Part shown: positions 1 through 9,502 of the stretch, one piece after another | How the letters are laid out: every line of letters starts with the position of its first letter | How positions within the stretch are numbered: the stretch's first letter is position 1 | NCBI GenBank assembly: GCA_018400015.1 | Contig: JAGYNB010000002.1 | Coordinates: forward strand, 52,402 to 116,401 | Length of the DNA: 64,000 bases | From: Candidatus Omnitrophota bacterium | Lineage (GTDB): Bacteria > Omnitrophota > Gorgyraeia > Gygaellales > Gygaellaceae | Direction of reading: 5' to 3' | Program-made: the position numbers and the translations under genes | Notes under the pieces: model-generated | Database searches by the model: none | Told to the model about the DNA's origin: nothing | What the model saw: only the letters and a program-made list of their open reading frames with translations

Positions 1-1137
1 GTAAAAAGAATAGCAGTTTTAGGTTCAACGGGAACTATTGGAAAAAAGGCTTTAGAGATTATCTATCAGTATCCGGATAGGTTCAAACTAAAAGCGATCG
101 CATGCTGGTCAAATATAAGAGAGTTAGAAAAACAGATTAGAAGATTTGATCCAAAGATAGTTGCCGTAGGAGATGTTCAGGCGGCTAAGAATTTTAAAAC
201 GAAGAAAAAACTTTTTATCGGCCAAGATGGTATCGATAGTATCGCTAGCTTAGGTGATGTGGATATCGTGCTTATTGCTATTAACACAACAAGCGCTTTA
301 TCGAGTGTGTTAGCTGCTTTAAAATCAGGTAAAGATGTTGCTTTGGCAAATAAAGAAGCTTTAGCTATGGCCGGTTCGGTAATTATGCAAACTGCCAAAA
401 AGCATAACGCGCAGGTTTTGCCGATCGATAGCGAACAATCCGCGATATGGCAGTGTTTACAAGGACATGATAAAAGTTTATTGAGAAGAGTCTATCTTAC
501 GGCATCGGGCGGTTCTCTTTATAGAGTTGCTGCCAGCCGTTTCGCTAATCTTACAAAGAAAGAGGTCCTTGCTCATCCGCGTTGGAAAATGGGTGCGAAA
601 ATTACTGTTGATTCGGCAACTCTGATGAATAAGGCTTTGGAAATTATCGAAGCAATGTGGCTTTTTGGCTTGAATTTTGAGCAAATAAAAGTTTTGGTTC
701 ATCCAGAAGCGATAATTCATTCCATGGTGGAATTTGTTGACGGTTCTATAATCGCTCAGTTGGCAGTTACCGATATGCGGCTTCCTATACAGTATGCCCT
801 TGGATACCCACAGAGGTTCAACAGTAAACAGAATATAGATTTTTTAAAGCTTGGGTCTTTGCATTTTGATAAGCCGGATTTAAAACGGTTTCAATGTTTG
901 ATGTTAGGTTATGAGGCAGCAAAAACCGGAGGTAGCTTGCCGTGCGTATTGAATGCGTCCGATGAGGTAGCGGTGAACGCTTTTTTAAAGGATAAGATAC
1001 CATTTTTGGCAATACCTGAGGTTATCGAAAAAGTTATGCGTAAACACAAAGTTATTAAAAACCCAGACCTTGACAGTTTATATAGAATAGATAACTGGGC
1101 AAGGATAAAGACGCAGGAGTTATTATGTCGTTTTTGA
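1..1137 (+). CDS. dxr: 1-deoxy-D-xylulose 5-phosphate reductoisomerase (5' partial; frame 1 from base 1)
   Basis: Translation from base 1 gives VKRIAVLGSTGTIGKKALEI, the Dxr N-terminal NADPH-binding motif; the rest of the ORF matches the Dxr family. Confidence 0.9.
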   Translation, partial: VKRIAVLGSTGTIGKKALEIIYQYPDRFKLKAIACWSNIRELEKQIRRFDPKIVAVGDVQAAKNFKTKKKLFIGQDGIDSIASLGDVDIVLIAINTTSALSSVLAALKSGKDVALANKEALAMAGSVIMQTAKKHNAQVLPIDSEQSAIWQCLQGHDKSLLRRVYLTASGGSLYRVAASRFANLTKKEVLAHPRWKMGAKITVDSATLMNKALEIIEAMWLFGLNFEQIKVLVHPEAIIHSMVEFVDGSIIAQLAVTDMRLPIQYALGYPQRFNSKQNIDFLKLGSLHFDKPDLKRFQCLMLGYEAAKTGGSLPCVLNASDEVAVNAFLKDKIPFLAIPEVIEKVMRKHKVIKNPDLDSLYRIDNWARIKTQELLCRF

Positions 1138-2213
1138 TTTTTCTTGTTATTTTAAGTGTGATGATATTGGTTCATGAAGCCGGACATTTTATTGTTGCCA
1201 GACGTCAGGGGATGAAAGTTGAAAAATTCTCTCTTGGCTTTGGTAAAAAGATTTTTTCATTTAAAAGAAATGATACAGAATATTCTTTAGGCTTAGTTCC
1301 TTTTGGGGGTTATGTAAAAATAGCTGGTTTTTCCGATACGGAAAAAACAGGCAGCAAGGAAGATTTTCTCGCGCATTCCGTGGGTTCACGTGCTAAAGTT
1401 ATTTTTGCCGGACCTTTTGTAAATTACATTTTTGCTTTTTTGTGTTTCTGGGTAATTTTTATGATCGGGTTCCCGCGCGCAACTTCTAAGGTTGGAGCTT
1501 TATTGGAAGATTTCCCTGCACAGAAAGCAGGTATAGAAAAGGGCGATAAAATAGTTAAAATTGACGGAATCGATGTTAGATATTGGGATGAACTGCAGGA
1601 AATTATTTATAATACCAAAAAAGATGTTTTACCTGTTGAGATAGAAAGAGAAACCGATATTATTGCTTTAGATATTTCTGTAAAAAGCGAAGAGGTAAAG
1701 GATATTTTTGGTAACAGCGTAAAGCTTAATGTAATCGGGATAAAAGCAAGCGATGATTTTATTATTTCAAAATATAATCCTTATCAGGCGTTTTTGAATG
1801 GTTTTATGCATCTTATAGATCTGACAAAATTGACTTATTCGAGTCTTTGGTGGATGATTACGGGAAAAATATCTTTTAGGGAATCAGTTACTGGTCCAGT
1901 AGGCATTTATGATATGACCAGGCAAGTTATCCAGATAGGTTTTACCGCTGTGTTAAATTTAGTTGGCGTTTTAAGCATGAGTTTGGCCATTTTTAATCTT
2001 TTACCTTTTCCTATACTTGACGGCGGTCATATATTCTTTTTGTTTATAGAAAAATTGCGTGGCAAAAGATTAAATCAAAAGATTGAAGAATTTATCAGTA
2101 ATATAGGCTTAAGTTGTATAGTTGCTTTAGCTATATATGTAGTTTATAACGACCTTATGCGTTTTGGCCATATAGGTAAGATTTTGCAATTTTTTAAGGA
2201 TTGGTTTAAATGA
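1125..2213 (+). CDS. rseP: RIP metalloprotease RseP (site-2 protease, PDZ domain)
   Basis: HEAGH zinc motif within a TM helix, PDZ-like middle section, C-terminal LDGG motif. Confidence 0.85.
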   Translation: MSFLIFLVILSVMILVHEAGHFIVARRQGMKVEKFSLGFGKKIFSFKRNDTEYSLGLVPFGGYVKIAGFSDTEKTGSKEDFLAHSVGSRAKVIFAGPFVNYIFAFLCFWVIFMIGFPRATSKVGALLEDFPAQKAGIEKGDKIVKIDGIDVRYWDELQEIIYNTKKDVLPVEIERETDIIALDISVKSEEVKDIFGNSVKLNVIGIKASDDFIISKYNPYQAFLNGFMHLIDLTKLTYSSLWWMITGKISFRESVTGPVGIYDMTRQVIQIGFTAVLNLVGVLSMSLAIFNLLPFPILDGGHIFFLFIEKLRGKRLNQKIEEFISNIGLSCIVALAIYVVYNDLMRFGHIGKILQFFKDWFK

Positions 2214-3271
2214 AAAAGAGAACACGCGTTGTTAAAATCGGCAATATTAAGATAGGCGGTAAGAACCCAATTGCTATACAGGGGATGGTCAAGACCGCTA
2301 TTAAAAATAAGACCCTAGCTTTAAAAGAGATAACGTCTTTATTCGAAACAGGATCTGATATAGTAAGGTTTGCGGTAAAAGACAGCGAAGATGTTCAGGC
2401 GGTAAAGTATATTAGAAAAAGAATTAATTCTCCTCTTGTTGCCGACATTCATTTTGATTATAGACTTGCTTTAATGTGTATAAAAAATGGAATAGATAAG
2501 ATTCGGCTTAATCCCGGCAATATTCAACAAGAATTTCAAATCAGGCAAGTTGCCCTTTTGGCAAAGAAATCAAATGTACCGATAAGGATAGGTGTTAATT
2601 CTGGCTCTCTTGCCAAGAGTAGTTTAATTAAAAATAAAGCATCTCTTATGGTAAAGAGCGCCCTTGGCTATATAAGAATTTTAGAAAAAAATAATTTCAA
2701 AGATATTGTGGTTTCATTAAAAGCCGAAGATGTTAATACTACAATCGAGGCATATAGAAAGTTTTCTCGAAAGTGCAATTATCCGCTGCATCTTGGAGTT
2801 ACTGCTACAGGGAGTTTGGTGTCTGCAATTGTAAAGTCTAGCATTGGCATAGGGGTACTTCTAAGCGAGGGCATTGGAGATACTTTCAGAGTATCCATGA
2901 CCGGTGCGTCAACTGATGAAATTGAGGTAGCAAAAAAGATACTCAGCAGTTTAAGCTTGCGTAATTTTGGCCCAGAAGTTATCAGTTGTCCTACGTGCGG
3001 ACGTTGCAGCGTTAACTTAGGAATAGTTGTAGAAAAACTGGAAAAGATCTTATCAAAGAAAAAAGAGCGTTTTTTAAGACCCGGTATGAAAATTGCAGTT
3101 ATGGGCTGTGAGGTCAATGGTCCAGGAGAAGCAAGTTCAGCCGATTTGGGGGTTGCTTTTGGCAATAATGGTGCTATATTATTTAGAGACGGTGTTATTG
3201 TAAAAAGAATAAAAAAAGAGGATGTTTTAACGATATTAACCAAGGAATTGGAGAAATATTATGAAACATGA
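2210..3271 (+). CDS. ispG: 4-hydroxy-3-methylbut-2-enyl diphosphate synthase (GcpE)
   Basis: TIM-barrel GcpE N-domain, C-terminal CPTCGRC Fe-S motif; ATGA overlap with rseP. Confidence 0.9.
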   Translation: MKKRTRVVKIGNIKIGGKNPIAIQGMVKTAIKNKTLALKEITSLFETGSDIVRFAVKDSEDVQAVKYIRKRINSPLVADIHFDYRLALMCIKNGIDKIRLNPGNIQQEFQIRQVALLAKKSNVPIRIGVNSGSLAKSSLIKNKASLMVKSALGYIRILEKNNFKDIVVSLKAEDVNTTIEAYRKFSRKCNYPLHLGVTATGSLVSAIVKSSIGIGVLLSEGIGDTFRVSMTGASTDEIEVAKKILSSLSLRNFGPEVISCPTCGRCSVNLGIVVEKLEKILSKKKERFLRPGMKIAVMGCEVNGPGEASSADLGVAFGNNGAILFRDGVIVKRIKKEDVLTILTKELEKYYET

Positions 3272-4535
3272 TTTAAATAGCGTTAAAAATTTGATTAAGC
3301 ACCAGTTTATTACCGAATACAGCCATATGTTTAAGCAGGGGCCCGACAGGACAAAAGAAAGAATTAAATCATGTATTGAAGAGATTATTGTTAAATTGTT
3401 TACAGATAAGGAAGATGCTCCGAATAAGGAAGAAAAAGATAAATTGATAAAGGAACTTACAGTGGATTTCTTGGCTTTTGGCCGTTTAACTCCTCTTATG
3501 GAAGATGATTCCATAACGGAAATTATGGTTAATGGTCCTACTAAGGTATTTGCGGAAAGAAACGGTAAAACAGAATTAACTGATGTAAAATTTGATACAG
3601 AATCCCAGCTTATGCATTTAGTACAGAATATGCTTGCGCCCACACGCAGAAGAGTGGATGAGTCCAATCCTTATACGGATTTGATGCTTTCGGATAACTC
3701 TAGGGTCAATATTGTGCTTGAACCCGTATCTTTGCAGGGGCCTTTGATTACAATTAGGAAATTTATGAAGGGTATTGAGAAGATTGAAGATCTTATTGCT
3801 TTTGATTCGTTAGATGATAACATGGGTAAATTCTTGACTGCGGCAATAAAGAGCAAGTTAAACATGGTATTTGCCGGAGCTACCGGAGCCGGTAAAACCA
3901 CCACATTGAATGTATTGTCTCATTATATACCCGTAAACGAGAGAATAATTACAATTGAAGATGCCGCTGAGCTTAATCTCTCGCAGGAACATGTGGTTAG
4001 ACTTGAGGCAAAATTACCAAATATCGAGGGTAAAGGAGAGATTAGTATCAGGGATTTGTTTAAGAATTCTTTGCGTATGCGTCCTAGTAGAATTATTTTA
4101 GGCGAGGTAAGGGGAGCTGAGGCGTTGGATTTACTTCAGGCGATTTCATCAGGCCATACAGGATCGCTGACGGTCATTCATGCCAGCAGTCCTTTTGATG
4201 TTTTAGCGCGTCTTGAGACAATGATACTTATGGCCGGAGTGGGAATTAGTCCTACTGTTGTGAGACGTCAGCTTGCTAATTGCATTGACGTTATTATTCA
4301 GCATGAGCAATTATCTGACGGTTCTAGAAAGCTTACACATATATCCTGTGTTAAAGGAATGAGCGATGGTGAAGTGGATTTAGTAGATTTATTTAAATTC
4401 GAGCAGGCTGAGATATCTGATGATGGAAAGGTGACAGGAACTTTTCATTGTTCTGGAGAGAGGCCAGATGTATTAAACGAAAAGTTTAAAAAATATAATC
4501 TTGATATAAAAGACTATATTCCGGAAAAATATTAA
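3261..4535 (+). CDS. CpaF/TadA/VirB11-family secretion ATPase (orphan)
   Basis: ITEIMVNGP N-domain motif, Walker A GATGAGKTTTLN, Asp box IITIEDAAEL, His box GHTGSLTVIHAS. Confidence 0.75.
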   Translation: MKHDLNSVKNLIKHQFITEYSHMFKQGPDRTKERIKSCIEEIIVKLFTDKEDAPNKEEKDKLIKELTVDFLAFGRLTPLMEDDSITEIMVNGPTKVFAERNGKTELTDVKFDTESQLMHLVQNMLAPTRRRVDESNPYTDLMLSDNSRVNIVLEPVSLQGPLITIRKFMKGIEKIEDLIAFDSLDDNMGKFLTAAIKSKLNMVFAGATGAGKTTTLNVLSHYIPVNERIITIEDAAELNLSQEHVVRLEAKLPNIEGKGEISIRDLFKNSLRMRPSRIILGEVRGAEALDLLQAISSGHTGSLTVIHASSPFDVLARLETMILMAGVGISPTVVRRQLANCIDVIIQHEQLSDGSRKLTHISCVKGMSDGEVDLVDLFKFEQAEISDDGKVTGTFHCSGERPDVLNEKFKKYNLDIKDYIPEKY

Positions 4536-4540
4536 TAATT

Positions 4541-5785
4541 ATGTATTATTCAAAAAGCTTTATCAATACATTAAGAGATTCGCCTCAAGACGCAGAGATT
4601 CCAAGTCATAAGCTGATGATTCGTGCTAGTCTAATCAGCATGCTTATGGCCGGAGTTTATAGTTATTTACCTTTAGGTTTAAGTGTGCTTGAGAACATAA
4701 AGAAAATAATCAGAGAAGAAATGAATGCTATTGGCGCAGAAGAAGTGCTTCTGCCGGCATTACAGCCAATGGATTTGTGGAATAAGACTTCCCGTTTTGA
4801 GCTTATGAAAGAGATTATGATAACTTTTAAAGATAGGCGCTCTAAAACTGTCTGTTTGGGTCCGACACACGAGGAGGTAATAACTGATTTAGTTGCCAGA
4901 TTCCTGCAATCCTACAAACAGCTTCCGTTTTGCCTTTATCAGATTCAAACTAAGTTCCGCGATGAACTGCGTCCAAGATTCGGCCTGGTAAGGTCTTGTG
5001 AGTTTATTATGAAAGATGCATATAGTTTTGATATAAATGATGAGTCTTTGGATAAAAGCTATCAGCTTCAGCATGAGGCCTATTGCAGGATATTTAATCG
5101 CTGCGGTCTTGATTTTGCCGCTGTAAGCGCAGATTCAGGAGCAATGGGTGGCAGTGTTTCGCATGAATTCTTAGCTATGACTTCATCTGGTGAAGATAAA
5201 CTATTGGTTTGTCCCAAATGCGCTTTTAAGAAGAATTTCTCGCAAGACAATCAACAATGTCCAGAATGCAAGATAACGATGGAAATTAAGGCTGCTTTGG
5301 AAATCGGTCATATATTTAAACTAGGCACTAAATATTCCGATGTGCTTTCTGCGAAGTTTCTGGATAAAGACGGTGTGCAAAAACCTGTGGTTATGGGTTG
5401 TTATGGTATTGGTGTCAGCAGGATCATAGCTGCTGTTATAGAGCAGAATCATGACGATAAAGGTATTGTTTGGCCAAAAGAGATAAGTCCCTTTTCCGTG
5501 ACTATATTGGCGTTAAATCCGCAGGAGGAAAAGATTATAAAATCCGGCCAGGATTTGCATAATGCATTGGAAAAAGAAAATATCAGCTGTTTAATGGATG
5601 ATCGCGATGAAAAAGCGGGAATAAAATTTAACGATGCAGATCTTCTAGGTTTTCCTATAAGGATTACTCTGGGTAAACAATTTTTAGAGAGCGCTTTAGT
5701 TGAAATTAAAATGCGTAATTCTCAAGAAGTGATAAAGGTGAAAAAAAACGCAGTGATAAAAAAAATAAAGGAACTATTAAAGTGA
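4541..5785 (+). CDS. proS: prolyl-tRNA synthetase, short bacterial type without INS editing domain
   Basis: Class II motifs, GHIFKLGTKYS, C-terminal anticodon-binding domain; only 414 aa; CPKC..CPEC insert. Confidence 0.85.
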   Translation: MYYSKSFINTLRDSPQDAEIPSHKLMIRASLISMLMAGVYSYLPLGLSVLENIKKIIREEMNAIGAEEVLLPALQPMDLWNKTSRFELMKEIMITFKDRRSKTVCLGPTHEEVITDLVARFLQSYKQLPFCLYQIQTKFRDELRPRFGLVRSCEFIMKDAYSFDINDESLDKSYQLQHEAYCRIFNRCGLDFAAVSADSGAMGGSVSHEFLAMTSSGEDKLLVCPKCAFKKNFSQDNQQCPECKITMEIKAALEIGHIFKLGTKYSDVLSAKFLDKDGVQKPVVMGCYGIGVSRIIAAVIEQNHDDKGIVWPKEISPFSVTILALNPQEEKIIKSGQDLHNALEKENISCLMDDRDEKAGIKFNDADLLGFPIRITLGKQFLESALVEIKMRNSQEVIKVKKNAVIKKIKELLK

Positions 5786-6240
5786 GAAACGATTTAGATT
5801 CGGTTTTAGATAATGTTTTAGGGGAGTACTCAAGAAATAATAATCTTGATTTGGTGGATGTTCATGTTAACAGAACAAGGCAATCTTTTAATATAAGGGT
5901 TCTAATCGATAAACCCGAAGGAGGTATTACTCTCGGAGAATGCAGTCAGGCAAATAAGGAAATTAGAGAAGAGTTAGAGAATAAGGGTTTTCTTTCGGGG
6001 AATTTCTTTCTTGAAGTTTGTTCTCCGGGCATCGACAGGCCGCTTTATAAAGAAGCGGATTATAAAAGAGTAAAAGGCAAGAAACTAAAATTTATATTAA
6101 AAGATGAATTTGATAAAACAAAAGAATTAGTTGCTGATTTAATAGAGGTTAAGGATAATTCGCTTGTTATCAATCAAAACAACGGTGAAATAATTATCAA
6201 TTTAAAAAACGTAATAAAAGCAAAGCAGGTAATAAAATGA
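5782..6240 (+). CDS. rimP: ribosome maturation factor RimP
   Basis: DUF150-like sequence, conserved position immediately upstream of nusA, GTGA overlap with proS. Confidence 0.75.
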   Translation: MRNDLDSVLDNVLGEYSRNNNLDLVDVHVNRTRQSFNIRVLIDKPEGGITLGECSQANKEIREELENKGFLSGNFFLEVCSPGIDRPLYKEADYKRVKGKKLKFILKDEFDKTKELVADLIEVKDNSLVINQNNGEIIINLKNVIKAKQVIK

Positions 6241-7397
6241 GCACAGAATTGTTATCAGTATTAGAACACATTGAAAGAGAAAAAGGAATAAGTAAGGACA
6301 AGCTTATTGAGGCTGTTGAGCTGGCTTTGGTCAGTGCGGTAAAAAAGATGGTTGATGTAAAACCGGGCATAGATGTAAAAGTAACACTAGATAGAGAAAC
6401 AGGTAAGATTAAAGCTTATGTAGGCAAAAAGGAGTTTAAGTCTGTTGAGCTCGGGAGGATCGCTGCGCAAACCGCAAAACAGGTCATAATTCAGCGTATT
6501 AGAGAGGCTGAAAAAGAACTGGTTTTCAATGAATTTCAGAATAAAGTGGGTCAGATTGCAAGCGGAACAGTATATCGGTTTGAGAAAGATAATATTATAG
6601 TCGACCTTTTGGGTAAAACAGAAGCATTTTTACCAAAAAGAGAACAGTGTTTTAACGAGGCTTTTAAACAGGGTGAGCGTATTAGCGCATATATACTAGA
6701 TGTAAAACAGAATGCAAAGGGGCCGTTGATAATCCTTTCTCGTTCGCATCCTAACTTTGTAAGAAAATTATTTGAATTGGAGGTTCCCGAAATTTACGAA
6801 GGCATAGTGGAAATTAAGTCGATTTCTCGTCAGCCAGGAGAAAGAACAAAGATTGCCGTATGGTCTAAGGACGAAAAGGTTGATTCTTTAGGTTCCTGCG
6901 TGGGTATGCGCGGTACAAGAGTAAAGAATATCGTAAATGAATTGCACGGTGAAAAGATTGATATTGTTCGTTATAAAGACGATATTAAAGAATATATAAT
7001 TGAAGCATTATCGCCTGCTAAGATTTCAGAAATCAAGCTTGATAAAGATAATAAAAAAGCAGAGATTATAGTTGCCGATGATCAGCTTTCTTTGGCAATA
7101 GGTAAACACGGTCAGAATGTTAGGCTCGCTTCGAAATTGGTCGGATGGGAGCTTGATATTAGAACCAGAGAAACTGCCGGTATGGACAAAAAAGATATAA
7201 CCCGTTCCAAAGAAAAGGATTTGAGCAATCTTGAAGGTATTGGTGAAAAGCTGCAGGGTGTGCTTATTGAAGGTGGTTTTGATTCTGTTGAGAAGATCTC
7301 CAATGCCGATATAAAGGATATCACTTCTTTAAAAGGTATTGGTAAGGCAAAAGGTGAGAAGATTATCAAGGGCGCCAAGAAGTTAATGAAAGGTTAG
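6237..7397 (+). CDS. nusA: transcription termination/antitermination factor NusA
   Basis: N-terminal NusA domain, S1 and KH domains (GMRGTRVKNI); rimP-nusA-infB synteny. Confidence 0.9.
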   Translation: MSTELLSVLEHIEREKGISKDKLIEAVELALVSAVKKMVDVKPGIDVKVTLDRETGKIKAYVGKKEFKSVELGRIAAQTAKQVIIQRIREAEKELVFNEFQNKVGQIASGTVYRFEKDNIIVDLLGKTEAFLPKREQCFNEAFKQGERISAYILDVKQNAKGPLIILSRSHPNFVRKLFELEVPEIYEGIVEIKSISRQPGERTKIAVWSKDEKVDSLGSCVGMRGTRVKNIVNELHGEKIDIVRYKDDIKEYIIEALSPAKISEIKLDKDNKKAEIIVADDQLSLAIGKHGQNVRLASKLVGWELDIRTRETAGMDKKDITRSKEKDLSNLEGIGEKLQGVLIEGGFDSVEKISNADIKDITSLKGIGKAKGEKIIKGAKKLMKG

Positions 7398-7401
7398 TGT
7401 A

Positions 7402-9498
7402 TTGAAAAAAGCGACAAAAAAGACAACTAAAAATAAAGAAACGAAAACTTCTAAAAAGTCTACTGTTAAGAAACCAGCTAAGAAAGCACCTGTTTTAAAA
7501 AAGAAAAAAACTAAAGACTTAAAAGCTGCGTCAAAGCCTAAGGCTAAGGCCAAGACAACTGTCCATAAGAAAAAACATCCCTCTTTAGTAAAGAAGGAAG
7601 AAAGAAAACATCTTCATTCTGTTAATATTGAGGTAGCATCTAATGATGAAAAGCCGGTTGTGAAGACGGTTTTACCCAATCCGGAAGTAGATAAACCTAA
7701 AGAAGAAAGTATTAAATCAAACGCCCGTATTTTGGAAATGGATTTGCCGCTTAATGTAAAAGACCTTTCCGTGAAACTACAGGAAAAGCCGAGCGTGCTT
7801 ATTAAGCGCCTTCTGGATAAAAGAATTTTTGTTACGTTAAACCAGTATTTAAGCGAGGAGATACTACAGGTCTTAAAAGATGAATTTAATTTTGATGTAA
7901 AACCTACCGTTACACATGAAGATAGGTTGTTAGACGAACATGAAAAAACCGATGATGATAAGAATTTAAAACCGCGTCCTCCGGTAGTAACTTTTATGGG
8001 GCATGTTGATCATGGTAAGACATCGCTTTTGGATAGAATTAGAGAAAGTAATCTTGCTGATAAAGAACACGGTGGCATAACGCAGCATATTGGAGCGTAC
8101 GAGGTAAATGTAGCCAATAAGAAAAAGCATGGACATATTTCATGTATTACTTTTTTGGATACTCCTGGTCACGAAGCGTTTACGGAATTAAGGGCAAGGG
8201 GTTCTAAGGTTACTGATATAGTAGTATTAGTAGTTGCCGCAGATGACGGAGTGATGCCGCAGACAATTGAAGCGATTGACCATTCAAAGTTAGCAGAAGT
8301 ATCGATTATTGTTGCAGTGAACAAAATCGATAAACCAGGCGCTAATGTCGACAAGATTAAAAAGCAGCTTAATGAACTAGGGCTTATTCCTGAAGATTGG
8401 GGAGGCAAAACTATATTTGTTAATGTGTCTGCAAAGACGGGTGAAGGAATTGAAGATTTGCTGGAAATGATTCTTTTGGAGTCAGAAATGTTGGAGTTGA
8501 AGGCAAATTATGATAAATTAGCCAGTGGTGTCGTGCTTGAGGCAAAGGTGTCAAAAGATAGAGGTAATGCCGTAACTGTTTTAGTTCAAAGCGGCACTAT
8601 GAACATTAATGATTTTATTTTAGCAGAGAGCCATTACGGTAAGATTAGGGCTATGTTTGATGAATTTAGAAATAATAAAGAGCAGGCCGGTCCATCTGTA
8701 CCTGTAGAAATATTAGGTTTTACAAGTCTTCCTCAGGCAGGAGAAAAATTCTTTTGTAGCCTTGATGAAAAATTGATTAAAGAATTAAGCAATAAACGTC
8801 AATTGGAAAATAAAGCAAAAAAAATGGTAGCCCAGAAAAAGATTAGCCTGGAAGAGCTTTCCGAGCAGATAAAATCAGGCAAGAAAGTAAAAGAACTCAA
8901 AATTATTATAAAAGCAGATGTACAGAGTTCTTTAGATGCGATAAATAAAACCTTGGCCGGTCTTAGCCACGAAGAGATAAAAATAGACATTTTACATAAA
9001 GGTGTTGGCGCAGTGAATACATCGGACGTATTGATGGCAACAGTTTCCGGTGCTTTGGTTATTAGTTTTAACGTGGGCATTGATGATTTAGCTAAGGAAA
9101 GGGCGGTTAAAGATAGCATTGAGGTACGCAGCTATAATATCATTTATGAGTTAGCTAATGAGTTGAAGCAGGCCTTAGAAGGTATGCTTGAGCCAAAGTA
9201 CAAGAAGATTTTTGTTGGAAGAGCATTAGTAAAACAGGTTTTTAATACTTCTAAATCAGGGGTTGTTGCAGGTTGTCTGGTTCAAAAAGGGAAAATAATG
9301 CGTAAGACCAAAGCGAGTATTGTTAGAAACGGAACAATAGTTTATGAAACTGAACTCGCATCTCTAAAACGTTTTAAAGATGATGTTAAAGAGGTTACCG
9401 AAGGCACGGAATGCGGTATATCTTTAAATGAGAAAGATATAAAAGCAGGAGACATAATAGAAATTTACCAGTCGCAGCAGATACAGAGAAAATTATAG
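7402..9498 (+). CDS. infB: translation initiation factor IF-2 (TTG start)
   Basis: Lys-rich N-terminus, G-domain GHVDHGKTSLLD, DTPGHEAF, NKIDK. Confidence 0.9.
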   Translation: MKKATKKTTKNKETKTSKKSTVKKPAKKAPVLKKKKTKDLKAASKPKAKAKTTVHKKKHPSLVKKEERKHLHSVNIEVASNDEKPVVKTVLPNPEVDKPKEESIKSNARILEMDLPLNVKDLSVKLQEKPSVLIKRLLDKRIFVTLNQYLSEEILQVLKDEFNFDVKPTVTHEDRLLDEHEKTDDDKNLKPRPPVVTFMGHVDHGKTSLLDRIRESNLADKEHGGITQHIGAYEVNVANKKKHGHISCITFLDTPGHEAFTELRARGSKVTDIVVLVVAADDGVMPQTIEAIDHSKLAEVSIIVAVNKIDKPGANVDKIKKQLNELGLIPEDWGGKTIFVNVSAKTGEGIEDLLEMILLESEMLELKANYDKLASGVVLEAKVSKDRGNAVTVLVQSGTMNINDFILAESHYGKIRAMFDEFRNNKEQAGPSVPVEILGFTSLPQAGEKFFCSLDEKLIKELSNKRQLENKAKKMVAQKKISLEELSEQIKSGKKVKELKIIIKADVQSSLDAINKTLAGLSHEEIKIDILHKGVGAVNTSDVLMATVSGALVISFNVGIDDLAKERAVKDSIEVRSYNIIYELANELKQALEGMLEPKYKKIFVGRALVKQVFNTSKSGVVAGCLVQKGKIMRKTKASIVRNGTIVYETELASLKRFKDDVKEVTEGTECGISLNEKDIKAGDIIEIYQSQQIQRKL

Positions 9499-9502
9499 CA
9501 AG

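Noticed and set aside
3236-3667. 143-aa minus-strand ORF overlapping the ispG end and cpaF start
   Set aside because: Antisense to two strongly supported genes; no recognisable features.
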